From Macrostomum hystrix (lineage: Eukaryota > Animalia > Platyhelminthes), in the NCBI GenBank assembly GCA_950097015.1, contig CATNEN010000001.1:4030001-4094000 (forward strand): 64,000 nucleotides of DNA. The letters run 5' to 3'. This document shows, one piece after another, positions 12,697 to 24,699 of this stretch. The notes beneath the pieces are model-generated. The model was not told the DNA's origin. It worked only from the letters and a program-made list of their open reading frames with translations, and ran no database searches. Positions within the stretch are counted from its first letter, which is position 1. Each line of letters starts with the position of its first letter. A program made the translations under genes and the position numbers.

Positions 12697-14139
12697 ACTA
12701 AACTGATTATTAATAATGTGACAATGAATTCTGCTTTGAGTTACGTTGAATTTTCTTAGTCGACGAAAATTTGTCATGCTACTGCTTGCAATTGCTTGAC
12801 TCTACAATTTCATTCACATTTATTCAGTTAATTTTTTTATATATAACTGTAGCTTAATAATGTTTCTTAAAAAATCTCCCTGTTCAGTGAGCAGTGCGGC
12901 TGTATTGATTTGCTTCCATCGACAGCGGCGGTGACTGTAACAGCTATATAAGAGATGACCCTAGCTCCATCGACGAGGAGTACAGTGTAAGAAGTGACTC
13001 CAGCACCTTTGACAGAAGCAGCAGCAGCAGCAGCAGTGGCGGCGTCGGCAGCGGCGGCGGCGAACACAGTGTCAGAGACAACTCGAGCTCTATTTACAGC
13101 GGCGATGGTGATGAGCAACTCAACTCCAACTCCAGCTCAATCGACAGTAGCCCTGGTACTGATAATACCGGTGAGTCAACGTATTATTATACAGTTGATT
13201 AACATTAATTTTATACACAAGCTTTTAGTGTGTAGTTGTGCTCCCAAGAAGTTAGTAGGGGATATATGAGTAAGACGGGGAATTATCGGGAAATATCGAA
13301 GTCCTGAAAATAAGGGAAAATTATCATTTTGAAAATTTTAGACGTTCAACGAGTTGCAAGTGTGCACAATGGAACTTTAGAGGTGTACCGAATCACTGTA
13401 CCAAACGATGCAGCTAGTGACCCATTCGAACTCGCACGTAGAAGTAAGGATGCAGTGCAGCGAATCCTAAATGAGAAGATGGCGAATCCGAATCGTGTGG
13501 TGAGAGCACAGCTCAAGATGAGCATTCAGATGCAGAGACTTCAAGCTGGGCAAGTTGTCAATAAAGAGGAAAGATGGGTTAGTACCAGTTTGCAAATCGT
13601 CAATGATGCCAGTTGCTTTGAGGATTGGTGGACTCGGCAAATTGCTGGCTGTGAAGGTATCATTGATAAGATGATCACGAATGGAAGTGGCTGGGTAATT
13701 GTGCGTGTGAATTGTATCGACTTAAGCATTGCGGTTGGACAGAGACTGCGATTCTACACTGGCCACGCCGACAAATTCGAGCTTCCTCGAGTGTTGAAGG
13801 CAAGAAAGCCATCATCAATCCTCCCAGCACAGGTTCAGATTGTTTCCTGTATGCTTGTCTTGCAGTGCTGCATCACGGAGACGGAAATTTGAGAAAGAAT
13901 CTCTATAGACTTTCGACGTACAAAGACTGGCTGTCCGAATTGAATCTAAATGGAGTTTCATTGCCAGTAGGACTAAGTCAGCTCAACCGAATTGAGTCAT
14001 TAAACCCAACTCTGTGCTTTGTTGTTCTTACGTGGTCTAGTGATGAAGTTAGTGTGCTCAGACAACCGCGTGTCGAAGTGGCGTGCAATCGCAAAGTTAT
14101 CCTTCTTCTCCTGCTGAACGAATCAGAAGATGAAAACAG

Positions 14140-15638
14140 GTGCTACCTGTGTGGCACACCCGGAGCATCGATAGAATTAAGAAGCAGAACTAGCGAAGAA
14201 CAGAAGGACCAGGTTATCATGTGTGCAGAGTCGTCCTGAGACGCTCCGAGAATAAATGAAGGTTCCCGATAAGAACTCTGAAGGACGAAACTGAATCTGT
14301 AAATAGTGTATAAAAATGCTTTGTATATAAATTGCGTAAAAAGACAATAAAAAGAATAAAAAGAAATACAAAAAAATGAGGTGCCTGATTGGGAGAACAA
14401 ATACATCACAGAAACACAAACACATACACATACTCATATGCAGTGATGCAGTAAAAGTGAGCAATTGAAAGTGAAAAAGCGGAATAATAAATTGACTTTG
14501 AGAAAGAATTGAGAATTGATGAGAAGAGTTGCGAGAAGTTGTGCAGGAGGTACGCTTAATTGGCCAGCCAGACGGTCTGACCCAGCTACCGAATGCAAAG
14601 AAGTAAAAAATTGGAATGTCAATTGTGCTGCCTAGCCTCATTGAAGGCTCAAGCAAAAAGAGAACATTTCCAAGAAGGAAGTGGAGAAAAGAGATCAAAA
14701 GTGGAGACAGTTAATCTAGTCTGCTCCTGAGATCTAGAGATTCCCCAAAAGTTGAGAAAATGAGAGAAGAAGAAATTTCGAGAAGAATCACTGTTATGTG
14801 ATAGCTATCCAAATTCATTCGTTTAAGGAATCAAGCTATTAAGCACGTCAGATTCCCAAGGGTGATGGATATGCTTGAATTTAAAAGAGAGAAATCGAAG
14901 GAAAAAGAGTAGGAGAGAAATTAATTGTGCATAGAAATAACATTACACCAGTGCCAAACACACAGATCACATTACAATCCGCAGAACAAACAAGAAAGGG
15001 AGATCACAAAACTAGTCACACCACACGGTCAAAAGTTAAGGGAGGTCAGGCCACCTCAAATAAAAATAAACAGAATGTAATTGTCATTAATGAAGAAGAA
15101 GACGAATCCGAAGAAGAAGACAGAATAAGATGGAGAGCTTATATGCCAAATGAAGAATCCGAAGACGAAAACTATGCAGAACAGGAAGCAATCCCTGACA
15201 ATGAAAGCGAAAGGCAAGAAGAAGCGAATGAGTCAGAACAAGAAGAAACAGACAGCGAAATGGACAAGACCGAAGAAATGAACATGAGTGACTCAGAGAT
15301 TGAACATGAAGAAGAAAGAAATGTACATACAGAAGGAGCCCATGGCTATAATCTAAGACCACGAAATGACAGAACTGAGCAATTGAACAGGGGAGAGCCT
15401 ACCCCAGGAAGAGGAGTGTTACGTAACACCCAGCCAGTCACTCACGGCTTCGTGCCTCGGGAGCGATACAGAAGATATCTACCCCAATGATTTCGAGAAC
15501 AATAGAGAACAATGGGAGCCAAGTTGACACAGATTTGCGTTAAAGTCAATGTTAATTGATTAGGATTTAAAAAAAAAAATTTGAAAAGCAAATAAAAAGT
15601 GATCTGAAAAAGATATTGAAAAAGTTAAATAAGACTCA
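14140..15638 (+). mobile_element. LTR-retrotransposon-derived insertion in pPolB-1
   Basis: Interrupts pol between ...ESEDENR and HWCGIVNL. Contains an acidic ORF with GYNLRPR (a common pol C-terminal motif) and a PPT-like AGGAAGAGGAG followed by TGTTACG at ~15417. No TSD seen. Confidence 0.55.
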
Positions 15639-17988
15639 CTGGTGCGGAATCGTGAACCTTGACAGGCTGCTGAACAGCAAGGTTGGCTTGTGTCACAGGA
15701 AGTGGTGTGAACGCTGCTTGACTGCATTCGTCAGTGCTCAGAAGCTTGCAGAGCACAGAGAGCAGTGCTATCGATCTAACGATTTTGCAGCGAAGGAAAA
15801 GATTCCATCTCAGAATCGTTGCACTCTGGCTTTTCAGAATTATTGCAAGACCATTGAAGCTCCTTTCGTTATCTATGCCGATATCGAGACATTCAATTCG
15901 CCGCTCAATTCTAACTTTCCGGGTCGAGAAGGTGTGAATGAAAAAGTCAATACGATCGAATTCAGTGATGGCGACCAATTGGAAGGCAGCAGAGATCGAG
16001 CAGAAACAAAAGACTGTGACGAAAGACCAGCTCGAAGCAGTGGAACAGGCACTACTATGTTCATTACCGAGCATCTGCCTGCGGCAGCCGGGTTTTTAGT
16101 AGTCTCTCGAGATGGTATTAAGGGACCACCGCTCAAAGACGAAGGTCACGTGAAGCTGTTTTCTAGCTCTAGTTCATTTGAGTGCATGGAAAAATTTCTT
16201 CACGAACTGGAAATCGTTGCTCGAGAAGTTCACGAATGGAACCGAGTCCACAGCTACCAGAAGCCAGAAGCAGATCCAGTGTCTAGGCAGATTTTCTGTG
16301 AGTCTACCCGTTGTCACTACTGTGCTCAGCAGTTTGTAAACTCAAGTGACAAGCCCTATGACCACGATCACCTCACTGGGAAGTTCAAAGGTGCTGCCTG
16401 CTCGCGTTGCAACAAGTCTGCAAAGCTTCGCCGAAGATTTTTGCCGATTTTCTTTCATAATCTTAAGAACTATGACATGCACCTCTTGTTTTCAACAGCT
16501 TTGGGAACCATGAAGAATTGGAAGCTGAGCGTCATTCCTCAGACGTCTGAGCGCTACATGTCTCCGAGCAGACTTCCCAGTTGCAGAAGTCAACTTGCCA
16601 CAAGGAAAAAAGAAGACCATTTTCTTCACGCTGCAGTTCCTCGATTCGTTCCAATTTTTGAACGCTGGTCTGGACAGACTGATTCGCAACTTGTCAGTCC
16701 AAGACCGAAAATTCACTCAGCTAATGAAAAGCTGCTTTCCGAATTTGACCGATGAGACACTGTCTGTCAAGGGAGTCTTTCCGTATGATTTTGTTAAGTG
16801 TCCTGCAAGTTTAGCGGTGACAAAATTGCCGAGCAGAGAAGAATTTTTCAATTCACTGACCAAGACACCTTGCAGCGAGGAGAACTATGGTCATGCTCTT
16901 AAAGCCTGGGGCCAGCTGGAGGCAAAAAATTTGCATGACTACATGCTTGCCTATTTGCAGCTCGTCATTCGTCAACTCGCGGACGTCTTCCAAAACTTTC
17001 GCCGCTTGAGTCTCCGCGATGACAGACTTGATCCGGTGCACTATTTTACGACGCCAGGTCTTTGTAATTGTAGAAGATCTACAATTCAGCTTCAATTGCT
17101 CAGTGATGCTGAGCAATATCGTCTTTTTGAGCTTGAAATTCGTGGAGGTATGACCTTGACGAACATTCATCATGTCGCAGCTGGAATTGTCGGCACAAAC
17201 GATGATGCTGCCTTGTCGACTAATGCATTGCTTCCAGTAGATATGAATAACCTCTATGGGCAAGCGCTTTCTGAAAAACTTCCGGTCAGTGATTTTGTCT
17301 GGATTGGTGATGATGATCTGCAAGATTAGAACGAGAAGCGACTGCTTGAATTGGAAGACAATGGACCTGTTGGCTACCTATTTGAAGTGGATTTGGAGTA
17401 TCCTGATGTGATTCATCAGAAGACTCAGGACCAGCCGTTTGCACCGGAGAGCCACACCCCAGTTCGAGGAATTTCCACCATTTATGAAAAGTCTTTGGAG
17501 TGAACTTAATTCACGCGATAAGCCCTATAAGGGCTATTCGAAGCTTCTCCTGGCGTGTCACGACAAGGAGGCTTACATCGTGCACTTCAGAGTGCTGAAG
17601 TTTTACTTGCGCCATGGGATGCGATTAAAAAAGATTCGACGTGCTATTCGCTTTCAGCAGGCAGCAATTTTTCAAGGCTACATCGCCAAGAACAGTGAGA
17701 AGCGGGCAGCAGCTGCCAATGAGTTCGAGAAGGAATTTTACAAACTGAAGAATAACTCCCTCTTCGGGAAAACAATGGAGAACGTGCGCAAGAGACTCAG
17801 TGTTAGAATCTCAAACACTCCGGAGCAGTCAGAAATTTATGCATCCCGACAGAGCCTGAAGGATATTACTATTGTGACAAAGGACCTGGTTGTTTTTCAA
17901 TTTTTTAAGCCTTCTGTCACTCTTGACCGCCCAATCTTCATCGGACAGTGCGTCCTCGATGATTCGAAGCTTGCAATGTACAAGTTAT

Positions 17989-19039
17989 TGTCGTAGGTCT
18001 CTTTACTTATATCTTACAGCTGCCACCAAGTTGTCGTAGGTCTCTTTACTAATATCTTACAGCTGCCACTAAGTTGTCGTAGGCTCTCTCCTCTTTGGGT
18101 TTAAATACCTCAGATACTCTTTTATTTTATATTAACAATTGCTTATTTCACACCTTGACTTAATCCTTGAAATAATTCTTAGTTTCCTTTGTCTATGACT
18201 TAGTTATTCTTCATAGGCTAGCTATGTACCTCTTATTGCATATGCATAAATTATTAAGAAAGTATTATTTAAGGATAGTAGACTCAGCGTTTATTTAGAA
18301 CGGATTTAGAGAAAGATAAAGGGGGTGAGACAATTAGGTAGCTCTGGCGTAGCTCAACAGAAGTTACAGGTACAGTTTGGAAATTTAGCAATCTACCATA
18401 GATATAAAGCTTACTTAGATTCTAGAAAATTCTAGAAGGAAAACTTTAGGATTTACTTACTATTAATAGATGCAGCTATTTTTAAGATAAACGATTACAT
18501 ATTAACAGCTTAAATTGGCCAGATAGGCTGCTTTCCTTCCAAAATTGGTAGCGTTCTCACGAGTGTCCGAGCGGCAAGACACTTCTTCCTCTCCTCTACT
18601 TACTCACAACTGTCTGGCTCTCTGGTTTGTTCCCAGTCTTTCAAGGCTTCCAATGGACTGAAGTTGCCCAACTTTGCACACTGTGCTTTTCCACCAATCG
18701 GGATTTACCCTTCTGCTCTTTAGTTTTTACACTCCACTTATTTTTATGGCTATTCCCTTCTTTATTCTTTCGAATATTCCTGACTTGTGTATTATCACGG
18801 ACCTGCTTTTCTCCTCTGTAAAATAATTGAAAAACACTTTGAGATTTATTCTCCTTTATTGCACTCCGAACTGGGCACGGGGCACCGGTTGGTTTTCTAG
18901 GGCTAAATTGCGGCTATATTTATACAAAAATTGGGGGTGGATGACACGGTGTATTATAACAAAGAATAAAAATCGGGAAAAAGCATTTGGCGGGGATTCA
19001 ACTTTAGAAATATACGTGATAATATTAGGGCCTGCCTCA
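17989..19039 (-). mobile_element. solo LTR (family S) with 4-bp TSD TTAT
   Basis: TG...CA termini with TTAT on both sides; removal restores pPolB MYKLFYDR in frame. Homologous to 43413-44116 and 55690-56320. Confidence 0.9.
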
Positions 19040-19519
19040 TTATTTTACGACAGATTAAAGCCGACATTCGATAATCCTGTTCTCCGGCAAGAAGTTTCTC
19101 TCTGCGGTGGAGACACGGATTCGTTTTTCCTTTGTTTCAAAAACATTGACGTTCAAAGCAGCGTGATTCCTGAACTGATTCGCCAGAGGCTGCTGGACAC
19201 ATCGAACTTCCCGGTTGATCATGAACTGCGATCGGATGAGCTTAAGACAAAGGTGGGCTGCATAAAGGATGCGTCGGCTGGAAATCCCCACAATGAGTGG
19301 ATCCTGTTGAGACCGAAGCTGTACTCGATGAAGGCTGCCATTGGAGGCAAGAAAGCAGCAAAGGGAGTTCAGAAGAGTGTGATGCGGACTGAAATTTCCC
19401 ACGAAGACTACAGGCAGGCCTTTGCTAATCTCAAGGAGTTGATCATCTCTGTGCGTAGGATTGCTAGCCGGAGACACCGTCTCTTCACTCTGGAGCAAAA
19501 GAAACGTGGCGGCGCCGCG

Positions 19520-20771
19520 GCGCTGGTCCTCTCCACGCCATCAGATTGGATTTGGCCCAAGCAGGCGCCAATTCTACCGTCGCTGGAATCGGTGTCGAGG
19601 ACCATTCGCACATTCTCATCGTCAACGAATTCTGGGTAAGCTAACACTTCGGTAGACATCATCCGAGTTTTCAATGACTCAAATGCTTCGTCGTGCACTA
19701 CACTCCATTTTTCTTGGAAGTTTTGGATATTCTTCCGTGTAAGTTGAAACAATGGGTGGGCGACTTCGGCATAATTTTTTACAAAGCGACTATAGTAGTT
19801 GCACAGACCTAGGAGACTTCTTAGTTCCTTTACGTCTTTCGGCTTCGGCCAAGTCTTGATTGCCTCAATCTTGGACTCGTCAGTACGAATTCCTTCAGTG
19901 CTAATCACATGACCTAGATATTTTAGTTCTTGATGAAATAGATTGCACTTTTTCGGTCTCAGCTTAAGTCCTGCTGTAATCAACCGTTGGAAAACTTTCT
20001 TTAAATGTGCCAGATGTTCGGCAAAAGTTTTCGAGTAAGTGACAATATCGTCAATATAGGACATCGCAAATTTATGCTGTATACCCAACAATACTACGAG
20101 TAAATTCATTAATCGCTGAAAAGTGCCCGGAGCATTAGAAAGACCTTGGGCCATATCTTCATACTCGAATTGGCCCCTAGTTAAGGTAGAAAATGAGGTC
20201 ATAAAGTTGTGCTCTTCTTTTATAGGCACTTGCCAATATCCGGAATTTAAATCTAGGCTGCTAAAGTATTGACTACCTGATAGATAAGAGAAAGTTTGGT
20301 GAATATTAGGCAACGGATATGGCACATAATTGACACGTGAATTTAGCACTCGAAAATCGCTGACTATTCTAATTGTTCCATCTTTCTTAGGTACTATTAC
20401 TAAAGGTGTTGAATAGGTAGAATAGCACGGGCGAATTAAATTTTTGGCTAGCATATCGTCAAGCTGAGCATCCACTTGCTTTTGAAGGTGTGGTGGAATT
20501 CTTCTCGTAGGAATTCTCACCGGAGTCTCATCCTTCAGGGATATTTCGTGGGTGACCAAATGAGTCAATCCCATGTCAAGCTCATGCTGAGAAAATGCCT
20601 CTCTGTGCTCTTTGATTAGATCAATTACAGATTTTTTCTGCTCTTCAGACAGATTCGGTCCAAGACTGACCTCTTCTATCCAAGCATCTTTAACAGTCTG
20701 AGTCTGATTAACCTTCACTGTGGGCTCGGATTCAGCTTGTTTTGAACTCTCGAAATAGTCCAATTCCCTAG
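19520..20771 (-). pseudogene. Gypsy-A reverse transcriptase and start of RNase H (3'-truncated)
   Basis: VPKKDG, DFR.LN, LDLNSGYWQ, GLSNAPGTFQ, YIDD, LGLCNYY and LDTDSS. Joins in frame (KARE|LDY) to the segment at 40909 once the Polinton is removed. Confidence 0.93.
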
Positions 20772-21138
20772 AGTAGTAGGGGTTATGTGCACTCTGCCGC
20801 AGGATTTTCCGTGGAAAAGCCACGGGGCTCAGTGTGTAAACATAGGCGCCCATGTAAATGCATTGGTGGATTCTGCCGCAGGGAAAGCCGTGGCAGTTCC
20901 GGGGAGGCCCAGTCGGATTTGCTAAAAATAGAAACAAGGGAAGTGTACATTACTGACCCACTTTACAAAGCATGCCACAAGTATATTCACTGTTCACTGT
21001 TCGCTGCATTACGTTCCGCACAATAATTTTAATGCATAGAGACATGAAATTTCATATCGTGCGTTTCTATGGCTGGAGTAACCTTGGGGTTAGTGAGTGA
21101 AAATGCATTGATGTACTCTGCCGCAGGGAAAGCCGTGG
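20772..21138 (+). repeat. left TIR of Polinton-2
   Basis: Reverse complement of 40531-40908 with scattered substitutions and small indels. Confidence 0.95.
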
Positions 21139-21332
21139 GAGTTCCGGGGGGTGGGGAGGTCCGAGGCTGATTTGTAAAAAAATGTGGGTTAGTGGGAACT
21201 CGCGGACCATGTTTTACTATAGCTGTATGTTTGCGGCAATGGTTTAGTCTATATAAGTACCAAAAAATTGATTGATTCACGTGGAGCCGAAATTTTGTTT
21301 AAACGAGATAATTAATTCTGTTTAAGTTTGTC

Positions 21333-22100
21333 ATGGACATCTGCGAAGGATATATGCTGCAAATACAGGAATATGAAGGAGTGAAATTCATTGCTATCAG
21401 AAAATTTTACCGACATGGCAGCACTGCGAGTTTGAAACCTGGAGTCCCCGGTTTCAATTTGAACATCCGGCAATGGCAGAAGCTCAAGGAACTGAAGAGA
21501 TCGCTTGTCATGGCTGCCTTGGACAACCAGCCGAAAGTTGTACAACTTGGCTTTGATAAATTCATTGAGGTGAAGGACAGCATCATATGGCTAAAGCGAC
21601 TGCCCGAGGACTGCTGCGAAGAGTTTCTTAAGCGGAACACCGTGCCGCTGACACCACCGCTGTGGCGGAAGCTGTGGCAGTACGCGGATTGGATTGACGG
21701 GCAGCTATCGGCTCGACGTGAGATGTCAGATATGTACGAGCTGGGGCCAGGATCTTCCTCGGACAGCATCAAAGGCGAAGACGGTGCTGGTGACAACGCA
21801 GACGAAATCAAACCTGCACTGAAGATGGAAGATTCGGACGGTGCTACTGCTGCTGATGAAGCTGCAATGTCGTCCAATCTGCAAATTGATACGGAGTTCG
21901 CCACTTCAACGCCTTTGCCACTTTCAAAGGCTGTAGCTGGAGCCATTCCTCAGCAAGACACTGATCTACAGGAGGACCCAGTCTGGTACCAATTCCGACC
22001 TCAAGCGGCTGCAGCTGAGAATGCTAGGAAGCGCAAGCAGCCGTCGTTTGCTCTACGTAGATTGGATGCCATGAAGCTGCCCAAACTGCGCTTCGACTGA
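21333..22100 (+). CDS. PC4/p15-like (ssDNA-binding transcriptional coactivator) domain protein
   Basis: IQEYEGVKFIAIRKFY...LKPGVPGFNLNIRQWQKLKE resembles the PC4 core (DIRE.Y...E.KPG.KGISL..EQW..LK). Intact 255 aa; TATATAA at ~21250. Confidence 0.8.
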   Translation: MDICEGYMLQIQEYEGVKFIAIRKFYRHGSTASLKPGVPGFNLNIRQWQKLKELKRSLVMAALDNQPKVVQLGFDKFIEVKDSIIWLKRLPEDCCEEFLKRNTVPLTPPLWRKLWQYADWIDGQLSARREMSDMYELGPGSSSDSIKGEDGAGDNADEIKPALKMEDSDGATAADEAAMSSNLQIDTEFATSTPLPLSKAVAGAIPQQDTDLQEDPVWYQFRPQAAAAENARKRKQPSFALRRLDAMKLPKLRFD

Positions 22101-22212
22101 ATGCGGACCCTCGGACACTAAAAGCAACATTTTTATCCATACTTTTTTTTCAAATTTTTTGAAAAAATATGTGCTGCTTGTGCGTTTCCAACATCTTAAG
22201 AATAAATAAATT

Positions 22213-24662
22213 ATGAAAATGTTTGCCTCATTGTTTCTGAAAATGGAAAAAATTTACTTTAACCCGAATCAGCCAGCGAGTTATTGCAGTTCTTCAAAGC
22301 TTCAACATGAACTGAGAAAAAGAGATGATCACATCGGGGTTAAGGGGATTGAGCAATGGCTAAGTCAGCAGCCAGTGCATACTCTACATAAGCCGGCTAG
22401 AGTTCGATTTCAAAGGGCGCCAATAATAGTAAGAGCCATTGATGATCAGTGGGAGTTGGATCTGGTGGAAATGATTCCGTTTGCCAAATATAATCGCGGG
22501 CATAAATACATTCTTACATGTATAGATGTTTTATCTAAATTCGCTATGGCCAGAGCTCAGGGGCCAATTTCATAATACACTGCTAACGGTTATTTAGCAG
22601 CTGCTAAAGGCGGTTTGGTTTCACGAAGCAGATCTATGTCTGTGTCAATGTGTCAGAGCACTGAGCTTACTAGAGTACATAATGGTAGGCGAGGGATCAA
22701 CAGTGAAGCCCGCCCACTTCTTCCGAGCAATATTTGTCTATGGCCAAGACCACTTGTGCGGAGTCATGGAACCACTGGTAGGTCAGCAGTTAGCAGCTGC
22801 TAAGAAGCAACTGCTATTTAGCTGTTGCGGAAAATCGATTTCACGACGAACTGCTAAGTTGGACAGAAACCTTAGCAGCCGGTTAGTGCCATAGACAAAC
22901 TTAAAAGCGGTAGAGTAAGGAGCTCACATAAAGCTAGAAAGAGACAGAACGATTTTTGCCTGCCTCTGCTTGTCTCCACCAAATTTGTTCGCCTTTTGCG
23001 ATCGATTGAAAGCGGCTGTGGCAGGAGGCAAATTCGCACCGAGTACTGGCGGTATAAGCCAATCAAGGCAAGGAAAGATGCTGTCACCAAGTAAAACTGC
23101 TCCAGGGAATGGACGCCAATTGTCGACTTGAAAGGCTCGATAGAGATTGCTGTTGCGCAGAACCCTAGCGTCGCTGACAGGCCATGATGAGTTGCAGTAA
23201 AAAATGTATGATCAGGACCACACACGAGAAGAACGTTCAAGGAGTGCTGCCCTTTTCGGTCCACAAACAGGTTCTCGTCCACGACAGGTTTTTTAATGGG
23301 AATCAAAGTACCATCAGCGGCTCCGCACACAGACGGCATACCAGCAATGTCGTAGAATCGTTGTGCAAGGCCCTGGGGGTCAGGCCACCTGACCGTCTCA
23401 TGGAACAGCTCCGCGTTAATTGCATTGGCCACGCGTCTCACAACTCGACACACTGTTGACTCCGACGATCCGTGGGCGTCTCGGATCACGTGGTAGAAGC
23501 TGTTGGTCGCAAAAAACCGCAGGGCAGTCAAAGTCTGCTCACGTGAACTCAAGGCGCAGCTTCGGTTGGTATCGTGTTCCAATTGAGGACCAACCCGTTC
23601 CAGTAGCAACTCGACAGTTTCCGCATTCATTCGAAAGCGCTGGCGGAAATCAAGGTCCGCGTCTAAATTTACTGTCTCTAAATTCTCGTGGTCTTCGTTG
23701 GTTAAGTTGGTAGTCAACGAGGTTAAAGTCATCAAGAAAGTCCATCTTAGCCTGTTCCGAGGGATGCTCAAATTTAACCGCGAATTCCTAACCTCTTTAG
23801 CAGACTGCTACTTTCATGAAACCGAAAAACATTTCTGCTGCTAAATCGGGGGTTCATGCCATAGACACTTCACTGGTAACAGTGGTCTCTCCACTCTCTT
23901 CACCCTCCACAGAGCTTTAAAAGCGCAGCAGAAGTGCAATCAGCGTTTGAGAGCATGCTGAAGAGCTCAAAGCGGCAGCCACGCACCGTCCGCACGGATC
24001 AGGGAAAGGAGTTTCTTAACACAATATTTCGCCAGTTCTGCATAGACCGCGGGATTCTGGCGTTTCCAACAAACAGTGAGCACAAAGCTGCTGTAATAGA
24101 AAGATGGAATCGAACTTTAAAAAGCAAGATGTGGCGTTATTTTACTCACAACAGCACTCTACAATGGCTTGATGTGCTACCTAAACTGGTCAAGTCCTAT
24201 AACAATACATTCCACAGAAGCATCAAGACTACACCAATGAATGTTTGCAAAGAAAATGAGACTGACATCTGGATGAATCTTTACGATGGGAAAGCGATTG
24301 AGACAGTTAAGAAGCTGAGAAAACCGAAGTTCAGTGAAAACCAGTCTGTACGAATTTCAAATGCTCCCAGACTCTTCAGAAAGGGATACATGGCTAACTG
24401 GAGTGAAGAAGTGTATACTGTAGTGTCTAGAGCTCCAAAGCATTATCCGTATGTGTACCAGATTCGAGACATGAAGGGTGAAGATATTCGAGGCCTCTTT
24501 CATGAGCATGAGCTGCAAGCTGTTCCGGACTCCCAGCGGCTGTATGTGATTGAAAAGATTCTAAAGACTGAGAAGCGGAAGGGAAAGATTCGCTATCTCG
24601 TAAAGTGGGCCGACTACAACTCGACTGGCTGGGTGGATGAGAAGGACTTAAGAAAGGTATAG
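22213..24662 (+). pseudogene. Polinton retroviral-like integrase with C-terminal chromodomain, interrupted
   Basis: WELDLVEM, YILTCIDVLSKF, RTDQGKEF, KAAVIERWNRTLK and YVIEKIL...YLVKW..Y...W. Split by the insertion at 22558-23909. Confidence 0.93.
22558..23909 (-). mobile_element. PIF/Harbinger transposon remnant with HARBI1-like transposase (ORF 22872-23771)
   Basis: FRQRFRM, LRFFAT.S, GAADGTLIPI and DRKGQHSLNV motifs; frameshifted near 23180. One end starts GGGCCAATTTCATA; flanked by CAGAGCT direct repeats. Confidence 0.85.
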
Positions 24663-24699
24663 ACATCTAAGTTATTCGATATTTTAATATTTTGATTTT

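Larger units (their letters stand above)
12130..19510 (+). mobile_element. decayed Polinton/Maverick remnant (Polinton-1)
   Basis: PC4-like pseudogene and pPolB homologous to those of the complete Polinton downstream. TIRs not found and boundaries approximate. Confidence 0.8.
13329..19510 (+). pseudogene. protein-primed family B DNA polymerase (pPolB), disrupted
   Basis: ORFs 13329, 13712, 15616, 16595, 17439 and the 3' part of 18827 give GSGW, IYADIE, DHDHLTG..GAAC..CN, FHNL.NYD, KGVFPYD, DMNNLYG, KLKNNSLFGK, GDTDS and RPKLYS. Contains frameshifts and two insertions. Confidence 0.93.

Noticed and set aside
18827-19639. 270-aa ORF as a standalone gene
   Set aside because: Chimera of solo-LTR sequence, pPolB C-terminus and antisense Gypsy sequence.
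19408-20937. 509-aa ORF as an RT with a novel N-terminus or a Polinton-encoded RT
   Set aside because: The N-terminus is read-through from the TIR; the RT lies outside the TSD and belongs to Gypsy-A.
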